Assembly (NCBI GenBank): GCA_045863335.1
Contig: BTVY01000002.1
Span: forward strand, 3,873-67,872
DNA: 64,000 nucleotides
Direction: 5' to 3'
Source of the DNA: Candidatus Hydrogenedentota bacterium
Lineage (GTDB): Bacteria > Hydrogenedentota > Hydrogenedentia > Hydrogenedentales > SLHB01
Position numbers and translations under genes: made by a program. Below are positions 31,757 through 40,570 of this stretch, piece after piece (positions within the stretch are counted from its first letter, which is position 1; each line of letters opens with the position of its first letter). The notes below the pieces were generated by a model, which was not told where the DNA came from, made no database searches, and was given only the letters and a program-made list of their open reading frames with translations.

Positions 31757-32149
31757 ATGAAGCGGGAAAACATCTCGTCGGGGTCGAAGTGGGAACCGGT
31801 CATCGGGTATTCGCGGGCGGTGCGGATTGGGTCGATGGTGCATGTGTCGGGCACGACCGGCGCAGGCGCGGACGGCAAACTCGTCGGCATTGGCGACCCC
31901 TATGCGCAGACGTTCCAATGCCTGAAGAACATCGAGACGGCGTTGACCCGGGCGGGCGCAAAACTGGGTGACGTGTACCGCACGCGGATGTACCTCGCCA
32001 ATATCGAGCAGTGGGAAGAGGTCGGCCGCGCCCATGGCGAGTTCTTCGGTCAAGTTCTGCCCGCGACGACCATGGTCGAAGTCAGCAAACTCATCGACCC
32101 GGACATGCTGGTCGAGATCGAAGCGGAAGCCTACGTCTCGGGCGACTAG
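31757..32149 (+). CDS. RidA family protein (YjgF/L-PSP reactive intermediate deaminase)
   Basis: RidA-fold sequence ([18 protein letters not shown]...YRTRMYL...MVEVS). CAGGAGAGGG RBS. Confidence 0.8.
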   Translation: MKRENISSGSKWEPVIGYSRAVRIGSMVHVSGTTGAGADGKLVGIGDPYAQTFQCLKNIETALTRAGAKLGDVYRTRMYLANIEQWEEVGRAHGEFFGQVLPATTMVEVSKLIDPDMLVEIEAEAYVSGD

Positions 32150-32157
32150 AGCCGAAA

Positions 32158-32376
32158 AACATCCCCCTTGCCCCCTTCAAAGGGGAAATCGTGCTCGGCT
32201 CTGGTTATTGGTATATGCGTATGAGACGTTTCGTATCCGAGTCATCGTTCACCCATGACGCAACGCGCCGCGTTGCGTGAAGACAAGCGAGAAGTCGCGT
32301 TCGGAGCGGATAGCGCTGACTAAGGCGATGGATGTAGTCGCACTCCACTCCCCCTTTGAAGGGGGCAAGGGGGATG
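32158..32376. mobile_element. MITE-like element: perfect 28-bp terminal inverted repeats AACATCCCCCTTGCCCCCTTCAAAGGGG flanking a 163-bp core
   Basis: 32349-32376 is the exact reverse complement of 32158-32185. A related solo copy lies at 14261-14299. Confidence 0.45.
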
Positions 32377-32453
32377 TTCTTGAATCCAGGCCGGTGTTAC
32401 TTGTCTGTAGGCGAACGACCCCAGCCTCCAGCCTCCGGTCTCCAGCCTGCAGA

Positions 32454-33560
32454 CTATCTCTCACTGCAACTGGCGCCGTGGGCGAAGCAGGCGAAACAGC
32501 GGTGGTGACGCAGCATGACGCGGACGTCCATGCTCTCCGCCAGCGATCCGCCTAAGTCGTAGTCGTCGTCATCGTCGACGAGCGTGCAGGCGTAAACCCG
32601 CATCCGCCCGTCTTTCTTGACGACCATCTTGCTGAAGTTGCACATGAAGGCCGCGCGGCTTTCCGCGGTGTGGTAGGTGGTCATGCAGTTCTCGGTGATT
32701 TCGGGAACGCCGCTGGGGTGGCTGCACGGCGGCTGAAAGTCGGGAAAGACGACGATGTGCGTGTCCTCCGGTACGCCCGCCTTCTCGAAGACCGGCGCAT
32801 AGGCCGCGTCCGCCGTAGCACGTTCTTCGCCTGCCGCGCCAAGCCGCGCGATGGACACGTCAAACCCGGCGCGGTGAAGCATGCCGAGCGTATCCACGGC
32901 CAACTCGAAATTCCCTCTCCCCCGCCCTTCGTCGTGCCGTTCGGCGTCCGGGTAATCCAGGCTGATTCGGAACCGCAGGCGATGGGGCCGTTCGATGAGC
33001 GGCAGCGCCTCGTCGAATCGTTGCCGCAACGGTTTCGTGCCATTGGTCAGCACGAGACAAGGCCGGTGCTGCAAGGCGTAACCGAGAATGCGGAAGATAT
33101 CGCGGTTCACAAACGGTTCCCCGCCGGTGAACGAGAATTTTTCCACCCCCAAGTCCAGCGCCTCGTCCACAAACGGCTTCACATCATCAAAGGTTACCAG
33201 TTGCAATCGGTGGTCCCCGGGGTGCGAACCTTCCAGACAAAAGGGACAGCGTAGGTTGCAGTTCGTCCCCGTATGAAACCAGAGTTCAGAGAGCGCCGCA
33301 GGCTGAATGTAGCCGCGCGGCGCACCTTCAGACGTGAGAAGCCAGTCCGGGTCGTCCCGCAGGTGCCGCCATGACGCCTGCGGCGCCTTTGTTGCGTGAT
33401 TGATCTGCAATGAATACTCCATGCGTGCAAGTAAGAGAAGGTCAACCGATGATGATGCTTCGGCACGTAGTCTACCATGACTTCGCAGGTGGGCTGGAAC
33501 GCGAAGTACCCCAAGCCGGCCATGCGAAACTGCTCGCCACACTACATGTATCCACGCCAT
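32454..33560 (-). CDS. radical SAM protein with Cys-rich C-terminus
   Basis: CNLRCPFC (Cx3Cx2C) motif. C-terminal CTLVDDDDD...RCFACFAHGASC extra cysteines. True start may be the internal ATG at 33422 (MEYSLQ...). Confidence 0.7.
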   Translation of the reverse strand: MAWIHVVWRAVSHGRLGVLRVPAHLRSHGRLRAEASSSVDLLLLARMEYSLQINHATKAPQASWRHLRDDPDWLLTSEGAPRGYIQPAALSELWFHTGTNCNLRCPFCLEGSHPGDHRLQLVTFDDVKPFVDEALDLGVEKFSFTGGEPFVNRDIFRILGYALQHRPCLVLTNGTKPLRQRFDEALPLIERPHRLRFRISLDYPDAERHDEGRGRGNFELAVDTLGMLHRAGFDVSIARLGAAGEERATADAAYAPVFEKAGVPEDTHIVVFPDFQPPCSHPSGVPEITENCMTTYHTAESRAAFMCNFSKMVVKKDGRMRVYACTLVDDDDDYDLGGSLAESMDVRVMLRHHRCFACFAHGASCSER

Positions 33561-33573
33561 GACCGATCTTCAG

Positions 33574-34710
33574 TCAACCCCACCCCCGCGTTAGCCGCGC
33601 CATGGTTTTGTAATTGGCCATCGTTCGGGCCGTGATCTCGCGGCCGTAGGGGCAGGAGGTCGGCGTGAGGACGAAGCCGCGGCCTTCGCCGTGGGTACCG
33701 TCGCGGAGGGCTTGCGTAACAACCTTCTCGAAGTCGCGGGGTTCGAGGTTTTCGATGTCGCTGACTTCGATGTTGCCGAAGAGCACGAGGTCCTGGCCGA
33801 ATTCGCGGCGCACGTCGGCGAGTTGGACGTCGCCCTGCGGCGGCGGTTCGATAGGGTCGGTCGCGTCGGCGCCCATTTCGATAAAGTAGGGCAGCACGCT
33901 CTTGATGCGGCCGTGGCAGTGGAGCCGCGGGTATCCGCCGTGCTGATTGATGGCATCGAGCATGGGTTTCGTATAGCGGACGACGTACTCTTCGAACAAC
34001 GGCGTCGGCAGATAAGGCTCCGTTGCGTACTCGGGACCATAGATGCGCCAGAGGTGTCCCGGCGCCTCCCGCGCGACGGTTTCGGTGCGGGCATGCAGAG
34101 GACGCGCGATCTTCTCCAGGAGTTGGTGAAACAACACGCCTTCTGTGTAGGCGATCAGCGTGAACGTATCCATGGAGAAGAGCTGGGCCGCGACGCAGAT
34201 GGGGTCCTCCGTGTCGAGCATAACGATGCCCCGATCGCCGACCTCCTCATCGGCAGTCGCGAAAGGGGACAAGTCCGGTTCGGCGTCAAACACGTCATCG
34301 GGCACTTGCAGATACGCTTTCAGATCGTCCACATCCTTCAACAGATGCTCGACCATCCACGTCGTGTCGAGTCCCTGATCGCGTCGGTCGGTCTGCGTCA
34401 AGGTGCGCCCGCCGATGCGCAACGTCGTACGCGTGAACCGCGCGTCGTCCTCGAAGGTGACTTCGCGGGCGAAGAACTCGTGCCAGGGATGGTCGTCGGG
34501 CCGCAGCCAACGTACCGGCCGCATGCGGATGATATCGGTCTGTTCTTCCGCAAGCTGGAGCAGCGGCTGCCACGACGGATGATTGTAGATATTGAACGGA
34601 TCCGGGTCCGACGCGTCGATGTTGAATCCGCCGATCTCATAGAAGTTGATGCCCGGCCGGTCCACCGGCCGCCGCTCTAACATCGCCATCAACCGCTCGC
34701 GCGATGTCAT
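33574..34710 (-). CDS. uroporphyrinogen decarboxylase (URO-D) family protein (MtaA/CmuA-like methyltransferase fold)
   Basis: URO-D-like TIM barrel sequence. GGAGG RBS before ATG at 34710 (MTSRERLMAML). The track ORF extends to 34782. Confidence 0.65.
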   Translation of the reverse strand: MTSRERLMAMLERRPVDRPGINFYEIGGFNIDASDPDPFNIYNHPSWQPLLQLAEEQTDIIRMRPVRWLRPDDHPWHEFFAREVTFEDDARFTRTTLRIGGRTLTQTDRRDQGLDTTWMVEHLLKDVDDLKAYLQVPDDVFDAEPDLSPFATADEEVGDRGIVMLDTEDPICVAAQLFSMDTFTLIAYTEGVLFHQLLEKIARPLHARTETVAREAPGHLWRIYGPEYATEPYLPTPLFEEYVVRYTKPMLDAINQHGGYPRLHCHGRIKSVLPYFIEMGADATDPIEPPPQGDVQLADVRREFGQDLVLFGNIEVSDIENLEPRDFEKVVTQALRDGTHGEGRGFVLTPTSCPYGREITARTMANYKTMARLTRGWG

Positions 34711-34979
34711 CCTTTCCCCTCCCCCGTCGTATTCGCGAATTAGAATCAAACCGGGCGAGACGCCCGTTCTCCTTTCCATCAACCGCGAGCAAGTAGCCTC
34801 TTAGAACGTATAGGAAAAGGTGGTCGACGCGCGCCAATCTAGCGAGTCACTTTTCGCGGTGGAGATGTCTCGATTGCACAGTTCTTGCAGCACGTTCCCC
34901 CTTCGTGCAGGCTGGAAGCCCGTACCACAAAAAGTCCAGCCCGCTCTCTTCAAACACGCTCATAAGTCGCGCTCCGGCA

Positions 34980-35825
34980 TCAGCCCAACTCGAAGGTGGT
35001 GACGCCGAAGATGCGGTCGTGTGCGAGGTCGGGCGGCGGCCCGAGATACATCCGTGCGCAGCCGAAGACCTCGACCATCTTGTGCCGGTGCACGAATTCG
35101 ATTGCCGCGGGGTTGTTCTCGGGCGCGTCCAGGAACAGCGGTCCGCCCTCAGCGAAGGGCGACAACCGCGCGACCAGGGCTTCCGCCACTGCGGCATCGT
35201 CTACGAAGAGCGGGCCTATCTTGCACCCGATCCGGCAACGCCGCACCACGCCGAATCCCGCCAGCCTGCCGTCGCGCCGGCACCCCAGGGCGAGCGATTC
35301 GGGCAGGGCCAGCCACTGTTTCAAAAAGACCGGACGCGGCGCGGGAAAACAGGTGCGGTCGTACTCGAAAACTTGGTCAAAGGGAATCTCGTTCAGCGGA
35401 ACAATGTCCTCGTCATCACCCGGCGCCGGTTCCGGCCGCTCCGGGATTCCGGCTTGAAAACGCATGTTGCGGTGGGAGAAGACGAACCCGCCTTTCGCGT
35501 AGTAGTCCTGCATGTTGAAGACGCCGTCCATGCCGACGCTCGCGCCGGGCCGCAGTCGCGCGAGGAGGCGTTCCCGCCGCGCGTGCCAAAGCGTGTTGCC
35601 GAGCCCGCGTCCACGAAACTCGGGCCGCATGATGAAGAACCCCATGAACCCGAATTCGCCGTTGTAGGACGTAATGGCCCCTCCGCCGATCATCTCGCCG
35701 TCCAGTTCCGACGCCACGAACGCCTCGGGATCGGTCGCCCAGAATACGTCGGCGTCGTGCAGGCCGGGGTTCCATCCCTCCTGCGCCGCCCAACGGACCA
35801 GTTCGTCGACCTCCGCGCGGGTCAT
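34980..35825 (-). CDS. GNAT family N-acetyltransferase (tandem GNAT / Acetyltransf_18-like)
   Basis: [32 protein letters not shown] acetyl-CoA-binding motif. The track ORF extends to 36020 through the inverted-repeat element. Start at ATG 35825 or a nearby TTG. Confidence 0.65.
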   Translation of the reverse strand: MTRAEVDELVRWAAQEGWNPGLHDADVFWATDPEAFVASELDGEMIGGGAITSYNGEFGFMGFFIMRPEFRGRGLGNTLWHARRERLLARLRPGASVGMDGVFNMQDYYAKGGFVFSHRNMRFQAGIPERPEPAPGDDEDIVPLNEIPFDQVFEYDRTCFPAPRPVFLKQWLALPESLALGCRRDGRLAGFGVVRRCRIGCKIGPLFVDDAAVAEALVARLSPFAEGGPLFLDAPENNPAAIEFVHRHKMVEVFGCARMYLGPPPDLAHDRIFGVTTFELG

Positions 35826-35946
35826 GTTGCGGATGATCGGGGTGTTGGACAATGTGATGGTCTCCTCTGCGCTGGAACAGACAAGGAGCGTGACATGCGA
35901 TACTAGCAGCTCTGATTCGATTGGGCAAAACCGTTTCGTTGATTTC

Positions 35947-36089
35947 AGCGCATGCCCCACCGGGAGCGCCAGGCTCCAGCCTGGCAAAGTTTCGGAGCAA
36001 CTGAATTCACCCATACACATGCAGTCATTGCATCGCTACCAATCATCGCTCCGACCTCGCCAGGCTGGAGCCTGGCGCTCCCGGTGTGG
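35947..36089. mobile_element. MITE-like element: 29/31-bp terminal inverted repeats (CCACCGGGAGCGCCAGGCTCCAGCCTGGC) flanking an 83-bp lower-GC core
   Basis: 36059-36089 is the reverse complement of 35947-35975 with a 2-nt insertion. Lies in the divergent GNAT / PhyH promoter region. Confidence 0.4.
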
Positions 36090-36225
36090 CCCCCTCCAGT
36101 TTCCATTCCGTCGCTGTATTGACCGCGGGATGCCGTCGTACCCATAATCGATCCGTATGCGGCGGCATCGTCGCACCGTGGCGCGGATACGGCAAGGTAT
36201 TAAGAGGTTCTTGGGAGCACCGAAT

Positions 36226-37152
36226 ATGACCCGAGTCATTCTGGAAACGAAAGTCGAAGACCACGCCCCTCACCTCTATCGCGCCGATGCCATTGGCGCC
36301 GGGGTCGATGGTTTCGCGGCCGTCACCGACACTGCGGTGGCGCAGTTTCATGAGAAGGGCTATCTCCTCGTTCGTGGTCTCTTCACGGCGGACGAAGTGA
36401 AGGCGGCGTTGGCGGAGTTGGACGCGATGGTGCGTGCGGACGATCCCCAGTGCGAAGGCATTTGGTTCGAAGGCAGCATCCGCGAGGCCATCGCGCAGAT
36501 CCCCCACGGCACAGAACACGGCGTATCCGGTCAGATCGGAGATCTCGCGCTGGGCCAGACCGGCGATATGATGCCCGCGCTTCCCGGGGATGTGCGCGCC
36601 AAGTATGTGCGCAAGTTCAACCAGTTTGCGGAACACCATCCCCCGCTCCGCGCCATGCTGGAGAAACCGGAACTGACGCAGGTGGTCGAGAAGCTTATCG
36701 GCGAACGCGCGGCCGTGTTGCAGGAGATGGCGATGATCAAACCGCCCAGGGGCCGTGAGAAACCGTGGCATCAGGATCACGCGTACTTCAACTACCCACT
36801 CGACACGAAGATCGTCGGCTCATGGATTTCGCTCGGAGAAGCGACGCCGGAGAACGGCTGCATGCACGTCCTCGCGGGCGCGCACTTGGACGGACCGCAG
36901 GTCCACTGGCGGCGGCGGGACTGGCAGATCTGCGATGCGGAAGCGGCACGGCGCACGCAGACCGCGGTCCCGGCACAGGCGGGCGACGTGTTGTTCTTCG
37001 ACTCCAAGCTCCCCCACGGCACGCCCATCAACCGGAGCGCCGACTACCGGTGGGCGCTGCAATACCACTTCATCCCGGCGTCTGCAGTCGAGACCCCGGA
37101 CGAAGACCGCCTGGCGATCTTCGGGAGCGAAGGAAAGGATGTGACGTGCTGA
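36226..37152 (+). CDS. phytanoyl-CoA dioxygenase (PhyH) family Fe(II)/2-oxoglutarate oxygenase
   Basis: PhyH-like sequence with WHQDHAYF and HVLAGAHLDG...HG metal-binding region. Confidence 0.75.
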   Translation: MTRVILETKVEDHAPHLYRADAIGAGVDGFAAVTDTAVAQFHEKGYLLVRGLFTADEVKAALAELDAMVRADDPQCEGIWFEGSIREAIAQIPHGTEHGVSGQIGDLALGQTGDMMPALPGDVRAKYVRKFNQFAEHHPPLRAMLEKPELTQVVEKLIGERAAVLQEMAMIKPPRGREKPWHQDHAYFNYPLDTKIVGSWISLGEATPENGCMHVLAGAHLDGPQVHWRRRDWQICDAEAARRTQTAVPAQAGDVLFFDSKLPHGTPINRSADYRWALQYHFIPASAVETPDEDRLAIFGSEGKDVTC

Positions 37153-37195
37153 CGACGAACTATTCGAGTTCGGGATTACTACGGTTCGTGGCGGA

Positions 37196-37636
37196 TCAGT
37201 CTCCCCCGCCAAGCTGTTGGACATCCGCCAAGTCGACAGCTCGGCCCGCTGCTCGTTTCGACGCAATCAAATCGTCTTTGGAGATGACTTGGAATTCCTG
37301 CCCTTGGTACGTGAGCGAGACACGGTGACGCCACGCGTCTTCGAACTCAATTCCAGGAGTAAAGGTCTGAACATCCAGCCGTACACGATCCTGAAAAACA
37401 GTGATCTCGTTGGCGAGAATATCGTCTGCACATGTGAGCGACGCTGTACCCAAATTCGCTTCCAGTAGTGCATCAATCAGCCGTTGTGCATTTGCCGGTG
37501 AGGCCTCGATGAGAATGTCGAGGTCGAAGGTCGCGCGCGGAACGCCATGTAAGATCGCAGCGACGCCGCCGATCACGACGTACTTCACGTCATGGTGCTG
37601 AAATGACTTGAATACGTCCTGGAACCGGTTCAGCAC
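37196..37636 (-). CDS. nucleotidyltransferase-fold protein (MNT/Pol-beta superfamily)
   Basis: VKYVVIGGVAAILHGVPRATFDLDILIE matches the G[GS]x9-13DxD NTase motif. GTG start at 37636 with TGGAG RBS. Alternative GTG at 37588, 1 nt after the stop of the upstream small ORF. Confidence 0.5.
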   Translation of the reverse strand: MLNRFQDVFKSFQHHDVKYVVIGGVAAILHGVPRATFDLDILIEASPANAQRLIDALLEANLGTASLTCADDILANEITVFQDRVRLDVQTFTPGIEFEDAWRHRVSLTYQGQEFQVISKDDLIASKRAAGRAVDLADVQQLGGGD

Positions 37637-37790
37637 GTTTCAGCTCCAGCAATTCTGGGTTTACAGCGAGCGCCAGGTCGGTGAACTCGCAGAGAAGGTC
37701 CATCCGTTCCGTCATGGAAAGAGACTGAAACCACCGCGCCTTGGCCTCGGGAGTCTCGGCGTCTCGGCTGTGTAGTACCCTCGGCTCCAT
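37590..37790 (-). CDS. small ORF (66 aa) immediately upstream of, and overlapping, the nucleotidyltransferase gene; possible partner/antitoxin-like
   Basis: ATG at 37788-37790. C-terminal helical region WFQSLSMTERMDLLCEFTDLALAVNPELLELK. Overlaps the long form of the NTase gene by 47 nt, so one of the two models may be wrong. Confidence 0.25.
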   Translation of the reverse strand: MEPRVLHSRDAETPEAKARWFQSLSMTERMDLLCEFTDLALAVNPELLELKRAEPVPGRIQVISAP

Positions 37791-37826
37791 ACGGTCATCG
37801 TACCAATCGGCGCTTGGCGATTCAAT

Positions 37827-38561
37827 TTGGGAGTACCATCTATATACAAGCCTGAAACCTGTCGCGCGCGTGATACCATAATCCCCATGCGGAAACATTG
37901 GCGGCGGATTCGGGAGCATTGGAACCGCACGGACACGGTCGTGATGGCGACGAACCATGCGGCGTTGGCGGTGTTTGTGGCGAACTGCTGGTGGCAATCG
38001 GCGATGGTCTGCCAGCTGGCCAGCGCGGTTCCCCTCGCGTTTCAAGTCTGGCGCGCGGTTCGGTCGGACCGGCTGTTGCGCGACGCCCTCGTCTTCGGGG
38101 CCATTATCGGATTCGCCTGGCCGGTCGGCGAAGGTCTCGTGACGGCGGTCTTCGGTTGGTGGGGAGAGTACCTCGCGGCGGGCATCACCATCTGGCACAC
38201 GCCGCTCTATTGCATCCTCATCGGCTGGCTGGCCTCGACTCATCTCTACTACCTGTCCCACCGGCTGGAAGCGATGGGGTACGGACGGACCACCGGCATC
38301 GCGGTCGTCGGCCTCACCGCATTCGGCATGGGACTACTCGGCGAGAATCTGTTTGTCTGGGCGAACATGTGGCGCTACGATACCTCCGGACTGGACTGGT
38401 GGGCCATCCCCGCGTTCGTGCCCGTCGCCTACGGCGCGGGATACGCCATCCTGCCGCTGCTCAACCGCTGGCGCGCCGAACCAACGGCCCTGGCCTGCGG
38501 CGCGGTGTTGATTGTGACCTGCGTAGGATTCGGCCTCGCATCCGGCTTCTTCCCCCGCTGA
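37827..38561 (+). CDS. polytopic membrane protein, unknown function
   Basis: 6-7 hydrophobic helices rich in W/G. Start uncertain: TTG 37827, ATG 37887 or ATG about 37944. Confidence 0.45.
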   Translation: MGVPSIYKPETCRARDTIIPMRKHWRRIREHWNRTDTVVMATNHAALAVFVANCWWQSAMVCQLASAVPLAFQVWRAVRSDRLLRDALVFGAIIGFAWPVGEGLVTAVFGWWGEYLAAGITIWHTPLYCILIGWLASTHLYYLSHRLEAMGYGRTTGIAVVGLTAFGMGLLGENLFVWANMWRYDTSGLDWWAIPAFVPVAYGAGYAILPLLNRWRAEPTALACGAVLIVTCVGFGLASGFFPR

Positions 38562-38562
38562 C

Positions 38563-38648
38563 CGAAGTGCCTTGGTCCTTCCAGGCCAGAATTCGAGGTG
38601 CCTTGGCCTTCCAGGCCAAGATTCTTTGTGACACGGGCTTCCAGCCCG
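38563..38648. repeat. tandem about 30-bp direct repeat (GTGCCTTGGYCCTTCCAGGCCARAATTC x2), each a hairpin, plus a third hairpin ACGGGCTTCCAGCCCGT; bidirectional terminator region
   Basis: Read directly from the sequence. Stems CTTGGCC/GGCCAAG and ACGGGCT/AGCCCGT with TTCC(A) loops. Confidence 0.35.
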
Positions 38649-38776
38649 TGGGGGGGTGAGTCGTAAGCAAATGGACAGTTGCGAACGAGCTTGTGAGATT
38701 GGTCAAAGAGTGAAGAAGCCGTGGGCAGGACGCCCACGCATGTGCACGGGCGGGACGCCCATGCCCCTTGTTGGGC

Positions 38777-40345
38777 TTACTCGGCTGGTAGACCGGGGAT
38801 GACTCGCTCGGGCAATGGGGGTGCCTCTGTCGTTATGACGATCTTTACGGATTCGTCTTCGGCGTCCGCGATGGAAATGGTTGCATCCGCAGTGGCGCTA
38901 GCTTGAGGACCTGCGATTGCGGAGACCGGAATTCCTTTGCGGGCCTCCGCCAGGGCAATCGGATTCGGGAAGAGTCCATACACCGAATTCGGCAGGTCCC
39001 CGGTCAGCGTTACTACGCCGCCGGCGCTGCTCCATTCCGTGACGACATCCTTCCGATGTTTTGTCCGTTCCGCGCGCAGGGGGAGGATGCTTAGGGCGGG
39101 TACGGCCTCGCTGAAGATCGTGTCGTACGCAATGGCGTCGGACAGGTTCATGGGGGCGCCATAGTAATCCCGGTAGTCCGGCAGGACGCCAAGGGGCCCC
39201 TCCCCCGCCACTTCCTTCGCCGCCGCCTGAAACGCCGCAACCCGTTCCCCGGCATCGTGCCAGCGCCGGACTGAGATGAATTGCATGGCGAACAGAATGA
39301 TCACCAGGCTGGTCGTGATGCCGACCATGGAGATGCGCCACTTGGGATGTTCCATAATGCGAAAGAACAGCGCCACCAAGCCTATGGTGAAGAAGGCGTT
39401 GGCGAGCAGCAACTGGCCCCCGCCAATGAGGGATACGAAATCCACGGGCCGGTCCAACGGTCCCAGCCGCAGCGCAACCATCGCAAGGACGCCGAACAGA
39501 ATGACCGGACGCCGCGCCTTACGGTAGATCAGGGCGAACAAGCCCACGACCACCAGGACAGCAAGCCACCCAAGCCAAGGTTGCTCGTGGAAGGCGACTA
39601 CGGTCTTTGGGAGAAAGCCCAAGGGATAGAACAGGAAATACAAAGGCGTCATGCGTTGGGCAAGTTGGACGCCCGAGGTGACGAGGTCACCCGCATGCGC
39701 GAACAGGCCCACGATACCGGCCACAAAAAAGACAGCGAGCCTGGCAAAACTTCGCTCGCCGGTTCGGGCGACGAGCAATTCGAACAAGACAATGACAAGG
39801 ACCAAGGTCGCGTTCCCGGCGTAAGGTACGGTCGCGGCCATGAACAGGACAAGGGCCACGGAGACCTTCCAGGCTTTCGGGGTACGCACGTGCGCGGCGT
39901 AGGCGGTGAGTGCGAGGAGTGCAATCAGGCACGGGATAATGTCGCCAACGCCGGAAATATTGAGGACCGCCTCGGAATGGACCGGATTGGCCAGAAAGAG
40001 GCACGCCGACAAGGTACCGAACCACCAAAGCCCGCGAACGGTCAGGTTTGTGAAGTAATAGACGCACATGACGCAGGCATACAGGAGCAGCATGTTGACG
40101 AGATGGTAGCCAGGCAACCACGTGCTGAATACCGCCATCTCAAGCCGAAAGAGTTGACCGGCGAGGAACGGGAGGTCGCTTCCGGCCGTCGCGAGGACCT
40201 CGAAATCCCGGCCCATGGGATAGGTCGTTACGCTCCAAATATAGATGACGAAAAGATATACGAACAGCGACACCGCGTCGTAGGTGTCGTGGTAGCGCAT
40301 CCGCAAAGCAACGAGCGGATGGGGTTTCTTGTTGGGGTCACGCAT
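38777..40345 (-). CDS. polytopic membrane protein, GT-C (ArnT/PMT-like) glycosyltransferase fold candidate
   Basis: About 11 TM helices in the N-terminal 380 aa followed by a soluble C-terminal domain. Family assignment is inferred from the architecture only. Confidence 0.5.
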   Translation of the reverse strand: MRDPNKKPHPLVALRMRYHDTYDAVSLFVYLFVIYIWSVTTYPMGRDFEVLATAGSDLPFLAGQLFRLEMAVFSTWLPGYHLVNMLLLYACVMCVYYFTNLTVRGLWWFGTLSACLFLANPVHSEAVLNISGVGDIIPCLIALLALTAYAAHVRTPKAWKVSVALVLFMAATVPYAGNATLVLVIVLFELLVARTGERSFARLAVFFVAGIVGLFAHAGDLVTSGVQLAQRMTPLYFLFYPLGFLPKTVVAFHEQPWLGWLAVLVVVGLFALIYRKARRPVILFGVLAMVALRLGPLDRPVDFVSLIGGGQLLLANAFFTIGLVALFFRIMEHPKWRISMVGITTSLVIILFAMQFISVRRWHDAGERVAAFQAAAKEVAGEGPLGVLPDYRDYYGAPMNLSDAIAYDTIFSEAVPALSILPLRAERTKHRKDVVTEWSSAGGVVTLTGDLPNSVYGLFPNPIALAEARKGIPVSAIAGPQASATADATISIADAEDESVKIVITTEAPPLPERVIPGLPAE

Positions 40346-40570
40346 AGCGCCAAAGTCTACTGGCCGGGTTCAATGAAGATCAACCTTGACGATAAACCAT
40401 TTAGCGATATCGTTCGTCCAATTCGGAGTAGCTGCAACGCTGGTGGTTACCGAAAACCTTACGAACGGTAGATAGGATGCTTGCGAGGCCCCATTCGGCT
40501 CTCGTAAACTGGGGTACCGGCCGGCGATTTCTGGTGACGCGACGGCCAACGCGTATTGGAGTGTGAAGGC

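Noticed and set aside
33691-35906. 329-aa and 333-aa plus-strand ORFs (33691-34680, 34905-35906) antisense to the URO-D-like and GNAT genes
   Set aside because: No motifs, Arg/Gly-rich. The sense-strand genes carry recognisable domains and RBSs.
36043-36780. 245-aa minus-strand ORF overlapping the PhyH dioxygenase gene
   Set aside because: It is antisense to a gene with clear PhyH family motifs, has no motif or RBS of its own, and its N-terminus runs through the inverted-repeat element. It is a typical high-GC antisense ORF.
39281-40471. 396-aa plus-strand ORF antisense to the GT-C-like membrane protein gene
   Set aside because: Highly charged (H/R/D/E/G/Q-rich) translation typical of an antisense frame of a hydrophobic membrane protein gene.
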